Below, one piece after another: positions 1 to 8,866 of a stretch of DNA of 64,000 nt; position 1 is the first letter of the stretch; each line of letters starts with the position of its first letter. The notes below the pieces were generated by a model. The model was given only the letters and a program-made list of their open reading frames with translations. It did not search any database and had not been told where the DNA came from. The DNA comes from an uncultured Gammaproteobacteria bacterium. Lineage in GTDB: Bacteria > Patescibacteriota > Microgenomatia > Levybacterales > UBA12049. The stretch is taken from positions 82,684-146,683 of the forward strand of contig CAZIDK010000002.1 of assembly GCA_964537895.1 (NCBI GenBank), in the 5' to 3' direction. The position numbers and the translations under genes were made by a program.

Positions 1-443
1 CATGGTCGAATATTTTATCTGAAATCGTAAGATGGTTTGTAATCATAGTTTTCTTAATCCCAACAGCAGACGTGTGGGGACTTCCAAGAATTATAACCGT
101 CTTAAATGAATTCCTAAATTATTTACCTAATGTTTTCGTGTCAGCGGTAATTGCAATGGTGGGTTTTGTTTTTGCACGACTTTCCCATGACATAATTTTA
201 GCTTCGGTAAAAGGAGTAGATTCGCAAACCGCGAGCACAATAGCATCTGTTACCAGATGGGCTATTAACGTTTTTGTAATCCTTGCTGTTTTAAGTCAGC
301 TTGGTGTTGCAACAGACTTAATAAGAATTCTGTTTACCGGTCTTGTTGCCATGCTTGCGATTGCCGGAGGAATTGCCTTTGGCTTGGGCGGACAAGGAGC
401 GGCTAAAGACGTAATAGCGAGAGTAAAGCAAAAACTTGAGTAA
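1..443 (+). CDS. Partial (5' truncated) membrane protein with conserved TM-helix repeat, small mechanosensitive channel/CmpX-like
   Basis: Frame open from position 3 (WSNILSEIVRWF...); hydrophobic helices; C-terminal AGGIAFGLGGQGAAKD typical of this family. Confidence 0.7.
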   Translation, partial: WSNILSEIVRWFVIIVFLIPTADVWGLPRIITVLNEFLNYLPNVFVSAVIAMVGFVFARLSHDIILASVKGVDSQTASTIASVTRWAINVFVILAVLSQLGVATDLIRILFTGLVAMLAIAGGIAFGLGGQGAAKDVIARVKQKLE

Positions 444-478
444 CCAGCTTGCAAACGCTTGAGCGTAGCAATAGCGGG
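444..478 (-). repeat. Extragenic palindrome (REP-like), same family as the gatB in-frame insert
   Basis: Reverse complement CCCGCTATTGCTACGCTCAAGCGTTTGCAAGCTGG resembles CCTGCCCGCAATGCTTCGCAAAGCGATGCAGGCGGG at 29209-29244; lies directly after a stop codon. Confidence 0.5.
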
Positions 479-486
479 TATGATTG

Positions 487-515
487 TTGTCTAAATTTTG
501 AACTTAGGCTATAAT
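487..515 (+). promoter_or_regulatory. sigma70-type promoter for tRNA-Glu
   Basis: TTGTCT-17 nt-TATAAT. Confidence 0.55.
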
Positions 516-552
516 TAGGTCGTTATAACCATTTTTTTTTGATGGGTAAAAT

Positions 553-625
553 GGCGCCATCGTCTAGCGGTTAGGACACAGGGTTTTCATCCCTGTAATC
601 GTGGGTTCGAATCCCACTGGCGTCA
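553..625 (+). tRNA. tRNA-Glu(TTC), CCA not encoded
   Basis: Acceptor GGCGCCA/TGGCGTC, anticodon arm CAGGG-TT TTC AT-CCCTG, T arm GTGGG-TTCGAAT-CCCAC. Confidence 0.95.
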
Positions 626-663
626 CTGAAACCTAATTTGACTTCTTAGCCACAATAACTCCC

Positions 664-692
664 TTGACAGTAAGCCCTTTTAGTCCTATTAT
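664..692 (+). promoter_or_regulatory. sigma70-type promoter
   Basis: TTGACA(664-669)-17 nt-TATTAT(687-692). Confidence 0.7.
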
Positions 693-698
693 AGGGTT

Positions 699-740
699 GT
701 GAAAATCAGATTAAATAGCAGGAAGTTTAATCACATATAG
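699..740 (+). CDS. Putative 13-aa leader peptide (GTG start; MKIRLNSRKFNHI)
   Basis: Starts at the predicted transcription start and stops immediately before a terminator hairpin. Confidence 0.4.
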   Translation: MKIRLNSRKFNHI

Positions 741-762
741 GCCGCCTTATGGCGGTTTTTTT
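741..762 (+). terminator. Intrinsic terminator/attenuator in the 5' leader of the 923 gene
   Basis: GCCGCC-TTAT-GGCGGT followed by a T run. Confidence 0.75.
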
Positions 763-922
763 GTGATAAAAGGAAGAATATGAATGAATTTGCCCGCCTA
801 AGCTCACTTTAAAGCTTTTTAGAACTATTCGTTCACGCTTTAAAGAGTGCTTGGTCGGCGGGCGTAAGAAATTCTAAAACTCGCAAACTTGTTAAGAATT
901 TCTAACGAAAGGAGGTGAAAAA

Positions 923-1960
923 ATGAAAAAAATTATAACATTCTTTTCTTTTCTAGCAATATCTCTTAGTCTTTTAGTCACTCCTGCCTTTGCAGATTCT
1001 CTTTCCGTAAATTTTGAAAACCCACCCTATACATTAGGAACAATAAATTTACAGGATGGATGGACAAGTACAGGAGCAGCAGGATCAGGATGCGCTGTTT
1101 ATGACCATGCAGTAAGCGCAAGCTTAAGCACTGTCGGGTTTGGATCTCAATCTTTAAGAATCTCAAACGCAGTAACTAGTGGTTGTTTTGGAGACATGAC
1201 ATTTGCCAAACCGCTTATTAACTCGGTAGGAGAAACAGGCGCAACTGCTGGAACTTTTTCGGCGGGGACAAAACAAACTCATTTCGAAATGCAGTTTGAT
1301 ATTGCTTCAGCAATACCTGGATCACAACAGCCAGGTTTGTTTATGTCGGTATCTCCAGATAGAGGAGATGGATCTCGTATGAGCTATGTTGGATTTAAAG
1401 ATGTCGCTGGCGGAATAGATATGATCTTCTATGACGTTCAGGGTACAGGTAATCCGGCAAATTTTGTTCTGACGGACTTAGGCACATACACAAGAACTCC
1501 CCATACGGTAAAACTTGTGATGGATGTAGTCGACGGTCCTTCAAATGACGTAGTTAAAGTTTATGTTGATGGCGTTCTCAAGCACACAGGGACAAGCTGG
1601 GAAAACTATTACAGATTCGATAGCGAAGCATCTGTGGAACAATCTGTAAGGATTGTTAAAACAGCAATTTTTAGAACAGGGGGAACAGCAGCGCCGGCAA
1701 CAGCGGGAAATGGTTATTTAGTAGATAACTTTTCCACGCTTTCCGGACCTGTTTTAGTTGGTCCGCCAACTAATAAAGACCAATGTAAGAAAGATGGATG
1801 GAAAACATTCAACAATCCTACATTTAAAAACCAAGGTCAGTGCATAAAATATGTGGAAAATCATAAAGATGATGACCACGATAATGACAGAGATGATCAC
1901 GGAAAAAATAATGATGATGATCATCGCGGAGAAAATGAAAATCACGGAGAACGTGATTGA
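923..1960 (+). CDS. Secreted protein: signal peptide, beta-rich (lectin/LamG-like) domain, C-terminal CxxxGW...FKNQGxC motif, Asp/His-rich tail
   Basis: MKK+hydrophobic+AFA cleavage site; strong SD GAAAGGAGGTGA; VKVYVDGVL strand motif. Confidence 0.7.
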   Translation: MKKIITFFSFLAISLSLLVTPAFADSLSVNFENPPYTLGTINLQDGWTSTGAAGSGCAVYDHAVSASLSTVGFGSQSLRISNAVTSGCFGDMTFAKPLINSVGETGATAGTFSAGTKQTHFEMQFDIASAIPGSQQPGLFMSVSPDRGDGSRMSYVGFKDVAGGIDMIFYDVQGTGNPANFVLTDLGTYTRTPHTVKLVMDVVDGPSNDVVKVYVDGVLKHTGTSWENYYRFDSEASVEQSVRIVKTAIFRTGGTAAPATAGNGYLVDNFSTLSGPVLVGPPTNKDQCKKDGWKTFNNPTFKNQGQCIKYVENHKDDDHDNDRDDHGKNNDDDHRGENENHGERD

Positions 1961-1981
1961 TAAATCCTTGGTTTAAGATTG

Positions 1982-2012
1982 AAAAACAGGCGGTTAACCC
2001 CGTCTGTTTTTT
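1982..2012 (+). terminator. Intrinsic (possibly bidirectional) terminator
   Basis: AAAAACAGGCGG...CCGTCTGTTTTTT. Confidence 0.75.
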
Positions 2013-2142
2013 GTGGGATAACTAATTTGAGTAAATTGTAACGTACTGTTCGAAAGTAGCCATATCTGGTTCACCGAGTCAAACTCGGCTTCGCTGAAAA
2101 TGTGAGATTTCAAAACAATCCTTGGGGGTGGAAAGCTAGATT

Positions 2143-2403
2143 TTACTGTGTTGGAGATTCTAATTTTGTGATTCTTTTCTCGTGATTGTCTACCTCTTCA
2201 CGTATCTCTCTTGTTTGATGAGCTCCAATTGTGTTTTCTTCACGCATGGTCTCAAGTTCTTTCATAACCCCATCCAAACCATTTAAAATTTCATCTCTAT
2301 ACTTCTTGCTTTTTTCATCTAATGCTTTAAGCAGTCCATGGCGCAAATCAAACAGAGCTTCTTTTAAATCTCTTTTTGTTACGTACTTTGTAGTTTTTAT
2401 CAT
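2143..2403 (-). CDS. Small coiled-coil hypothetical protein
   Basis: 86 aa ATG ORF, heptad pattern ending VDNHEKRITKLE. Confidence 0.65.
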   Translation of the reverse strand: MIKTTKYVTKRDLKEALFDLRHGLLKALDEKSKKYRDEILNGLDGVMKELETMREENTIGAHQTREIREEVDNHEKRITKLESPTQ

Positions 2404-2458
2404 AAGTTTATATTAACAATTTTTGTTTATTATTGCAATTATAAGGCAATGGTCAATT

Positions 2459-2998
2459 TTAGTTTCCTTCGGGTTCGGGGGGTAAGAATTCTTCTCCCCC
2501 GCTGTTTTCTTCCGATTTAGTTACGTTTCCTTTTAACCATTCTATATAAGTGCATCCTGTTGCTACTCGTTTTGCGCTATCCCAGCCGGCGGTTGAACAC
2601 TTTTTCATTCTTTTCCCTGCATTTGTAGTGAAAATTACAAGCGGTTTGCCGCACTCCGGACATTCTTCGTCTGATTTTTCCGTTGTGCCATTAATCCACT
2701 CCACAAAATCACAGCCAACGGCTTTTTTTGTTTCCTTGTCCCAGCTGCCGGCACTGCATTTTTTCATTTTTTTGCCAAATCGTGTAAATTGCATTACAAG
2801 AGGAGATCCGCATTTTGGACATTTTTCGTCCAAAATTTCAGGCTCAATGGCTATCCATTTAACATAATCGCAGCCTTCATTTTGTCTCGTTTCCTTATTC
2901 CAGCTGCCTTTAGAACAGCGCTGCAGCTTACGTCCTGTTGAGGTTTCAGTAATTTCTCCTAAAGGAGAACCGCATTTCGGACACAAATCTTTAGTCAT
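2459..2998 (-). CDS. Stand-alone triple zinc-ribbon protein (topoisomerase I C4 zinc-finger-like repeats)
   Basis: Three CPxCGxPL...G(R/K)..(R/K)CS...GC repeats; start taken at MTKDLC. Confidence 0.75.
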   Translation of the reverse strand: MTKDLCPKCGSPLGEITETSTGRKLQRCSKGSWNKETRQNEGCDYVKWIAIEPEILDEKCPKCGSPLVMQFTRFGKKMKKCSAGSWDKETKKAVGCDFVEWINGTTEKSDEECPECGKPLVIFTTNAGKRMKKCSTAGWDSAKRVATGCTYIEWLKGNVTKSEENSGGEEFLPPEPEGN

Positions 2999-3139
2999 AA
3001 AATATAGAATATATGATTTAAACATAAAATGAAAGACGCAATTTTATTTGTATAATCTTATAGATATTTTTTAGAATAGACTACGTGCTTAAAGTACATA
3101 TATGCCAATATTGACCTCTTTTGACCTACTTTTACTCTA

Positions 3140-3168
3140 TTGACAAAGGCTATTCAGGAGTATAAAAT
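3140..3168 (+). promoter_or_regulatory. sigma70-type promoter of a putative small RNA
   Basis: TTGACA-17 nt-TAAAAT. Confidence 0.65.
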
Positions 3169-3174
3169 GATTTT

Positions 3175-3254
3175 TACCTTCAGATACGCAAGTATCAAAA
3201 AGGCAGGAAACCTAGCAATAGGTGACCCGGAAAGACCCCGCAAGGGGTTTTTTT
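3175..3254 (+). ncRNA. Putative ~80 nt small RNA with three GCAA-tetraloop hairpins; the last is an intrinsic terminator
   Basis: GATAC-GCAA-GTATC, ACCTA-GCAA-TAGGT, GACCCC-GCAA-GGGGTT+T run. Confidence 0.5.
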
Positions 3255-3308
3255 GCGGCTAAAACACTTTTACCTTCATTAAGCTGAAGCTAATCTAACG
3301 ACTATAGG

Positions 3309-3337
3309 TTGACACAGGGAATGCATTAAGTTATAAT
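3309..3337 (+). promoter_or_regulatory. Consensus sigma70 promoter, near-leaderless to ATG 3347
   Basis: TTGACA-17 nt-TATAAT. Confidence 0.8.
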
Positions 3338-3346
3338 AAAAATACT

Positions 3347-4087
3347 ATGGGCGAAAAAACAGGACATAGTCCTTCACGCAGAGAAATTCCTGCACCAATG
3401 AAGATGGATTTCAAAGATTTTGTGCAAGGAATGAATGCTTTAGGAGATCCAAGAGGCATTTTTGTCGTAGACGAAGACAAATTATTCGTCGCAAGAAGAC
3501 CGGAAACAGTAGTTCCGGGACAAGAATATAGTGTTACCAGACAATATTACAGACCATCGGACAATTTTTCCGCTCACGATCTGAAGGCCGAAATTGAACT
3601 TATTTTTGACGGTAAATCCCCGGCTCGGCTAAAACATGTTCTGTTGGAAGCTAAAAACGAGAGAGACCTCTTCAGCATTAGAGTAGGAGATGGAATAGAA
3701 ATACTCGCTGGAGTAGCAGGTTCCACGCTGGATATTAAATACAAGCCTACGGGAGAATTAGAGAGTGTTGTAATAGCCGGGCCAAACGGAGATCATCAGA
3801 AGCGTAAGTTCACCTGGCAAGCTTTAGAGAAAATGCGGATGGCAGGGGAAGAAACAGCTGCTATTTCAATTATTGCCCGTTCGGATTTTCAAAGAGCGTC
3901 TGTACCGCTTAAAATAGACCCGCATTTTTCTGAGCTGGTTTTAGTTAGTGACTTAGTGAGTAATCCTATGACCAGTAATACAAGACTTGATAGTCCTTGG
4001 ATAAATGCGAATTGGCAAGAATTGCTTCGAATTGACTGGAAACATGGTTTTAACCCCGTTAGTATTCGTGACGCCGTAAGGTTGTAA
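3347..4087 (+). CDS. Hypothetical protein
   Basis: 246 aa ORF behind a perfect promoter; no motif recognised. Confidence 0.7.
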   Translation: MGEKTGHSPSRREIPAPMKMDFKDFVQGMNALGDPRGIFVVDEDKLFVARRPETVVPGQEYSVTRQYYRPSDNFSAHDLKAEIELIFDGKSPARLKHVLLEAKNERDLFSIRVGDGIEILAGVAGSTLDIKYKPTGELESVVIAGPNGDHQKRKFTWQALEKMRMAGEETAAISIIARSDFQRASVPLKIDPHFSELVLVSDLVSNPMTSNTRLDSPWINANWQELLRIDWKHGFNPVSIRDAVRL

Positions 4088-4127
4088 AAAATAAGTTAAT
4101 TGTTTTTGCTGTACAATATACACCTAC

Positions 4128-5291
4128 ATGAAGCTTCCTATTAAGTATATAGCCATAATAGCTTCTTTTTTAATATTAAATTTCTTATTCATAAAAAACT
4201 CATATGCAGTTTACGACCCAACATCCAAAACCAACAATATTGTGGGAATTCACATTTTATTTCCCAGCGAACTGGCAGAAGCTGCAAAATTAGTTAATTC
4301 TACGGGCGGAGATTGGGGCTACGTTACAATTCCAATTCAGGCATCAGACAAAGACTTAGTAAAATGGCAGGGTTTTATGGATGATAGCCGAAAATTTCAC
4401 TTAATTCCCATTATAAGACTTGCTACTAGCGGAGATTATTTTAACACTGTATCTTGGTCTAAGCCTACGGATAGTGATGTTTTAGATTTTGCCAATTTTT
4501 TAAACGCTCTTAATTGGCCTACCAAAAATAGGTATGTTGTGATTTATAACGAACCAAACAGGGGTGATGAATGGGGCGGAGCTCCCGATCCTGCGGGGTA
4601 CGCGGAAATATTAAGTTATGCCGCTGACGTTTTTAAGCAAAGAAGCGATGAGTTTTTTATTATTTCCGCAGGACTTGATAATGCGTCGGCTAATATTGCG
4701 GGACAATCGATAAACGAATACTCTTTTATAAGACAAGTGAATAACGCAGTGCCCGGAGTGTTTGGGAAAATTGACGGCCTGGCCAGTCATTCGTATCCAA
4801 ATCCCGGGTTTTCAGAGCCTCCTTCGGCATACGGATATCAAGGAATAGCCAGCTTTAAGTACGAACAGAGTCTGGTGCAAAGCTTGGAAGGCAAACTTCT
4901 GCCGGTTTTTATTACGGAAACGGGGTGGACGGATACTCAAATTCCGGAATCTGTTCAATCGGAATACTACAGGAGCGCATTTACCTCGATTTGGAACGAC
5001 AAAAATGTTATTGCGGTTACTCCTTTTTTGCTTCGGGCAGGAACGGGTCCTTTCGCCCAATTTTCTTTTATCAAAGACGAGCAGGAAAAACGAAATAAGT
5101 ATAAAACGCTACAAAATTTGCAAAAAAACAAAGGAGAGCCGGTACTAAACGAATACTCATTAACCAAGGGTTCGAACGCTGTAGAAAACGACTTTCCATT
5201 AGACAGGTTTACCAAAAGTATAAAGCAGAATTACACGGCGACTGTTTCAAAGGCAGCAAAAAATTTTATGAAATGGCTTCTAAACATTTAG
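4128..5291 (+). CDS. Exported clan GH-A glycoside hydrolase (GH5/GH39-like)
   Basis: N-terminal TM/signal; YNEPN acid/base, SHSYP, ITETGW nucleophile motifs. Confidence 0.8.
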   Translation: MKLPIKYIAIIASFLILNFLFIKNSYAVYDPTSKTNNIVGIHILFPSELAEAAKLVNSTGGDWGYVTIPIQASDKDLVKWQGFMDDSRKFHLIPIIRLATSGDYFNTVSWSKPTDSDVLDFANFLNALNWPTKNRYVVIYNEPNRGDEWGGAPDPAGYAEILSYAADVFKQRSDEFFIISAGLDNASANIAGQSINEYSFIRQVNNAVPGVFGKIDGLASHSYPNPGFSEPPSAYGYQGIASFKYEQSLVQSLEGKLLPVFITETGWTDTQIPESVQSEYYRSAFTSIWNDKNVIAVTPFLLRAGTGPFAQFSFIKDEQEKRNKYKTLQNLQKNKGEPVLNEYSLTKGSNAVENDFPLDRFTKSIKQNYTATVSKAAKNFMKWLLNI

Positions 5292-5338
5292 GATTTGTGC
5301 TATAATTTTTGTCTGTCCCCTATTCCGGAAAAAATCAA

Positions 5339-5881
5339 ATGAAAAATTATTTAAATATGGAAAGTTTAGAAATAGACAAGCAAACTTTCCAAAGCTTAAC
5401 GCACGGAAGTTTAATGGTTGAAGAAATAATTGAATTAATCAGGTTTTTTTTGGAAGAGAACCCTAATGCGGAGTACAGCCTTGTAATTGGTACTGATTCA
5501 CACGAAAAAAACGGAACCCCAAACGGCACTCCCAAGAAAATAAACTTAGTAACGGCCGTTTTAATTCATAGAAAAGGGTTTGGCGGAAAATACTTTTGGA
5601 TTAGGAAGGAAGTTGGCAACATTTATTCGTTAAGAGACAAGATTTACGCTGAAACCATCACGTCTTTAAATTTTGCCGGCGCTTTTGTCCCCCTTCTTAA
5701 AAAAGGCTTAAATGGACACTCGCCTAATTATAATTTGGAAATTCATGTTGATGTAGGAGAACACGGCGATACTCGGGACATGATAAAAGAGGTTGTCGGA
5801 ATGGTTACGGGCAATGGTTTTGTAGCTAAGACTAAGCCCGACGCATACGGGGCGTCTTACGTTGCAGATAAACATACCTGA
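5339..5881 (+). CDS. RNase H-like YkuK family protein (DUF458)
   Basis: VIGTDS, EIHVDVG, KPDAYGASYVADKHT motifs; start uncertain (5339 or 5357). Confidence 0.85.
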   Translation: MKNYLNMESLEIDKQTFQSLTHGSLMVEEIIELIRFFLEENPNAEYSLVIGTDSHEKNGTPNGTPKKINLVTAVLIHRKGFGGKYFWIRKEVGNIYSLRDKIYAETITSLNFAGAFVPLLKKGLNGHSPNYNLEIHVDVGEHGDTRDMIKEVVGMVTGNGFVAKTKPDAYGASYVADKHT

Positions 5882-5883
5882 AC

Positions 5884-5955
5884 TTAGGAATCAGCAACTA
5901 GCCTCTAGCAACTAGTTCGAACTGATGGCTAATTGCTAGTAGCTAAATGCTAATT
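5884..5955. repeat. Two inverted arrays of degenerate 7-bp units filling the intergenic gap
   Basis: TTAGGAA TCAGCAA CTAGCCT CTAGCAA CTAGTTC ... GCTAATT GCTAGTA GCTAAAT GCTAATT. Confidence 0.75.
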
Positions 5956-5956
5956 T

Positions 5957-6349
5957 ATGAAGAGTCAAAAACTGGAATGGGAAGAAGCAAACGAAGTTAA
6001 AAAAGATATTGAAAATATAGTTACCGTCTTAGGTTTTTCTCATATAAATTCTGCTAGAATCTTTTGCTACAGAACAAACGGTTCAAAATCAAGATCATAC
6101 GCCAGAATTTGGGCATTTCCTAAAATTTTTCAAACGGCTTTAAAAACAGAACCGGCTTATGTAATTGAAGTTTTGGCTAAATATTTTGATAAACTGGACA
6201 CTGATAAACAAAAACAAGTTTTAATTCATGAACTATTGCATATTCCCAAGAATTTTTCAGGTGCTCTGCTTCCCCATAGAGGCAGAAATAGGCATTTAGA
6301 GAAAAATGCTTCGCAGCTATTCAAAGATTACAAAAAATTAGCAAAATAA
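5957..6349 (+). CDS. Putative zinc metallopeptidase
   Basis: HELLH motif; ARIW and AYVIEV segments. Confidence 0.75.
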   Translation: MKSQKLEWEEANEVKKDIENIVTVLGFSHINSARIFCYRTNGSKSRSYARIWAFPKIFQTALKTEPAYVIEVLAKYFDKLDTDKQKQVLIHELLHIPKNFSGALLPHRGRNRHLEKNASQLFKDYKKLAK

Positions 6350-6351
6350 AT

Positions 6352-7044
6352 ATGATAACCATAATCCACGGCGACGACGTCGCAAGCTCAAGAAATTACT
6401 ACGTAGACAAACGGCAGGCATCTCAAAGCCCGGTAATTTTAGATGGCGGTAAGTTTAGCCTTTCGGATTTAATGCAGAGTTTGGAAGGCGGGTCTTTATT
6501 TAATGAAGAAAAAAATATTTTTATTGAGAACTTTTTTTCATCCAAGAAAGCCAACACCAACTTCAAAGAAATCGTTATCTACATTGAAGAACAGGCTTCT
6601 AAAGCAAGTATATTCTTTTGGGAAAATTCCGAATTATCAAAAACAGAATTAACGACTTTTAAAAAAACTACAGCAAAATTATTTAAAATTCCTCAAAATT
6701 TGTTCGGATTTTTAGATAACATAAAACCCGGAAATACAGACAGTATTAAACAATTTCATGAACTGCTTAATCAAACAGCCGAAGAATTAATATTCTTTAT
6801 GATTGTAAGACAATTTAGACTTCTCCTGGCAGTATCGGATCCTGATGCAGAAAATGCAATAGATGAGGTTAAAAGACTTGCTCCCTGGCAAACGGGTAAA
6901 CTTAAAAGTCAGGCAAAGCTTTTCGGGCCGGAAAAATTAATAGCAATATACAAAAGACTGCACGAAATAGATTCCGACAGCAAGACCGGGAAATCGGCAA
7001 CTTCGCTAACCCAAACCATTGACTTTTTCCTCCTCGATTTATAA
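6352..7044 (+). CDS. holA: DNA polymerase III delta subunit (short CPR form)
   Basis: N-terminal IIHGDD, SLF motif, C-terminal RQFRLL...PWQ..KL..QA...D..SKTG. Confidence 0.7.
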   Translation: MITIIHGDDVASSRNYYVDKRQASQSPVILDGGKFSLSDLMQSLEGGSLFNEEKNIFIENFFSSKKANTNFKEIVIYIEEQASKASIFFWENSELSKTELTTFKKTTAKLFKIPQNLFGFLDNIKPGNTDSIKQFHELLNQTAEELIFFMIVRQFRLLLAVSDPDAENAIDEVKRLAPWQTGKLKSQAKLFGPEKLIAIYKRLHEIDSDSKTGKSATSLTQTIDFFLLDL

Positions 7045-7053
7045 GATATTGTA

Positions 7054-8436
7054 ATGAATATCGATACAGGTATTTTTAAATCATACGATATCCGCGCAAT
7101 TTACCCCGACCAAATAAACGAACAAAACATAGCTGAAATCATAAAAGCTATTTATAAATTTTTTACCACAAAAATAACTAAAGAAAATTTTACAGTGGCT
7201 TTGGCAAGAGATATGCGTATTTCCTCTCCCGCTTTCTACAAAATTGCAATTGAAACATTAGTATCCATGGGAGCGAACGTTATAGATATGGGTCTTATGT
7301 CTACCCCTACGTTTTATTTTGCTGTATTTAATTATAAATATGATTGCGGAATTCAGATTACTGCTTCTCACAATCCGAAAGAATACAACGGAGCAAAGTT
7401 TGTTATGTATGGACCAAAAGGACTTATCAAAATCGGTAAACAAACCGGCATGGAAGATATAAAAAATTATGCAATTTCGGGCGTTGATTTGCCAACAGAT
7501 AAAAAAGGCACCGTAACTGTAAAAACTCATGTCCTAGAAGACGAGGTTGAGAATGCCGCTAAAATTTTGGGAAATCCGCAAATTAAAAAATTTAAAATAG
7601 TAGCAGATCCTGCAAATGCGATGGGCGGAACGTATATTGATGCGTTCGTAGAAAAATATCCTACGGATTTGGTACGGATGAATTTTGAACTGGATGGCAC
7701 ATTTCCGGTTCACCAGCCGGATCCATTTCAACCAAAAAATCTTGTTGATTTGCAAAAAAGAGTCTTGGAAGAAAAAGCGGATTTAGGCCTTGCCCCCGAC
7801 GGAGACGGAGACAGACTTTTCTTTATCGACGAAAAAGGACAAGCTGTTCCGCCAACAATAATTACAGCTCTTGTAGCCAGAGAACTATTTAAAGAATATC
7901 CGGGATCAATGGTGCTTTTTGATATTAGGTATATCCTTACTCCCAAAAAAATTATTGAAGAAAATGGAGGGAAATATGGAATAACAAAAGTAGGACATGC
8001 GTTTATTACGGAACAAATGGGGAAAACAGGGGCTATATTTGCGGGAGAATCTTCTGCTCATTATTATTTTAAGGCAACCGGTAATGCCGAATCTCAAGTA
8101 ACAATAATGTTAGTCGTACTAAAAGTTTTAGGTGAATTAGGCAAACCATTTTCCGAAGTTGTAAAGGATTTACAAAAAAGCTTTGAATCGGGTGAAATTA
8201 ATTTTAAAGTCTCTAATGCAAAAGATATTATTGAGTCAATTAAAAACGACTACAAAGACGGAGAATTATCGGAACTGGATGGAATTGCAATTTCTTATCC
8301 GACATGGAGATTGAGTGTCAGAACTTCAAATACGGAACCTCTTTTAAGATTAAACGTTGAGGGTTATAATAAGGACGAAATGCAAAAACACAGAGACGAA
8401 TTAATTGATACAATCAAAGCATTGGGACATGAATGA
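7054..8436 (+). CDS. Phosphomannomutase/phosphoglucomutase
   Basis: FKSYDIR, TASHNP, DGDGDR, GESSAH, RTSNTEP. Confidence 0.95.
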   Translation: MNIDTGIFKSYDIRAIYPDQINEQNIAEIIKAIYKFFTTKITKENFTVALARDMRISSPAFYKIAIETLVSMGANVIDMGLMSTPTFYFAVFNYKYDCGIQITASHNPKEYNGAKFVMYGPKGLIKIGKQTGMEDIKNYAISGVDLPTDKKGTVTVKTHVLEDEVENAAKILGNPQIKKFKIVADPANAMGGTYIDAFVEKYPTDLVRMNFELDGTFPVHQPDPFQPKNLVDLQKRVLEEKADLGLAPDGDGDRLFFIDEKGQAVPPTIITALVARELFKEYPGSMVLFDIRYILTPKKIIEENGGKYGITKVGHAFITEQMGKTGAIFAGESSAHYYFKATGNAESQVTIMLVVLKVLGELGKPFSEVVKDLQKSFESGEINFKVSNAKDIIESIKNDYKDGELSELDGIAISYPTWRLSVRTSNTEPLLRLNVEGYNKDEMQKHRDELIDTIKALGHE

Positions 8437-8866
8437 TTTAAATAATTTAGATAAAAACTCTTTTAACAACTCTCCTTTTGTCAAAAAAATAGAAAAACCC
8501 TGGGGATATGAAATCCACTGGGTTCCCGAAAATAAACCTTATATGGGAAAGATTCTCCACATAAATAAAGGCAAGAGGCTTTCTCTTCAGGTTCATGATA
8601 AAAAACAGGAGAGCTGGTTTATTCTTAGTGGACGTGCTAAGGTTGTTTGGGATAATGATCAAGGCGAACTTATCGAAACAGAACTTGAACAGGGAAAAGG
8701 ATATAGTTGTCAAATTAGCCAAAGACACAGGTTAGCGGGAATAACGGATTGCGACGTACTTGAAGTTTCAACTCCGGAAATTGGTACGACCTACAGGCTT
8801 GAAGACGACTATAAAAGACCCGACGAAACAGAGGAATTAAGGAAAGAGGAAAGGAAAGATTTATGA
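8429..8866 (+). CDS. Cupin, mannose-6-phosphate isomerase type II C-terminal-like
   Basis: KPWGYE, LSLQVHDKKQESW, EVSTPE..T.RLEDDY. Confidence 0.8.
   Translation: MNDLNNLDKNSFNNSPFVKKIEKPWGYEIHWVPENKPYMGKILHINKGKRLSLQVHDKKQESWFILSGRAKVVWDNDQGELIETELEQGKGYSCQISQRHRLAGITDCDVLEVSTPEIGTTYRLEDDYKRPDETEELRKEERKDL

Noticed and set aside
2013-2140. Possible gene remnant or RNA (CCGAGT-CAA-ACTCGG hairpin)
   Set aside because: One short hairpin and no recognisable ORF or motif.
3175-3254. Canonical c-di-GMP-I riboswitch or SRP RNA
   Set aside because: It lacks the P3/receptor arm and P1 of the riboswitch and the SRP domain IV consensus; kept only as an unknown RNA candidate.
5884-5955. CRISPR-like array
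   Set aside because: Units are 7 bp without spacers, and there are no cas genes or 25-40 bp direct repeats anywhere in the window.
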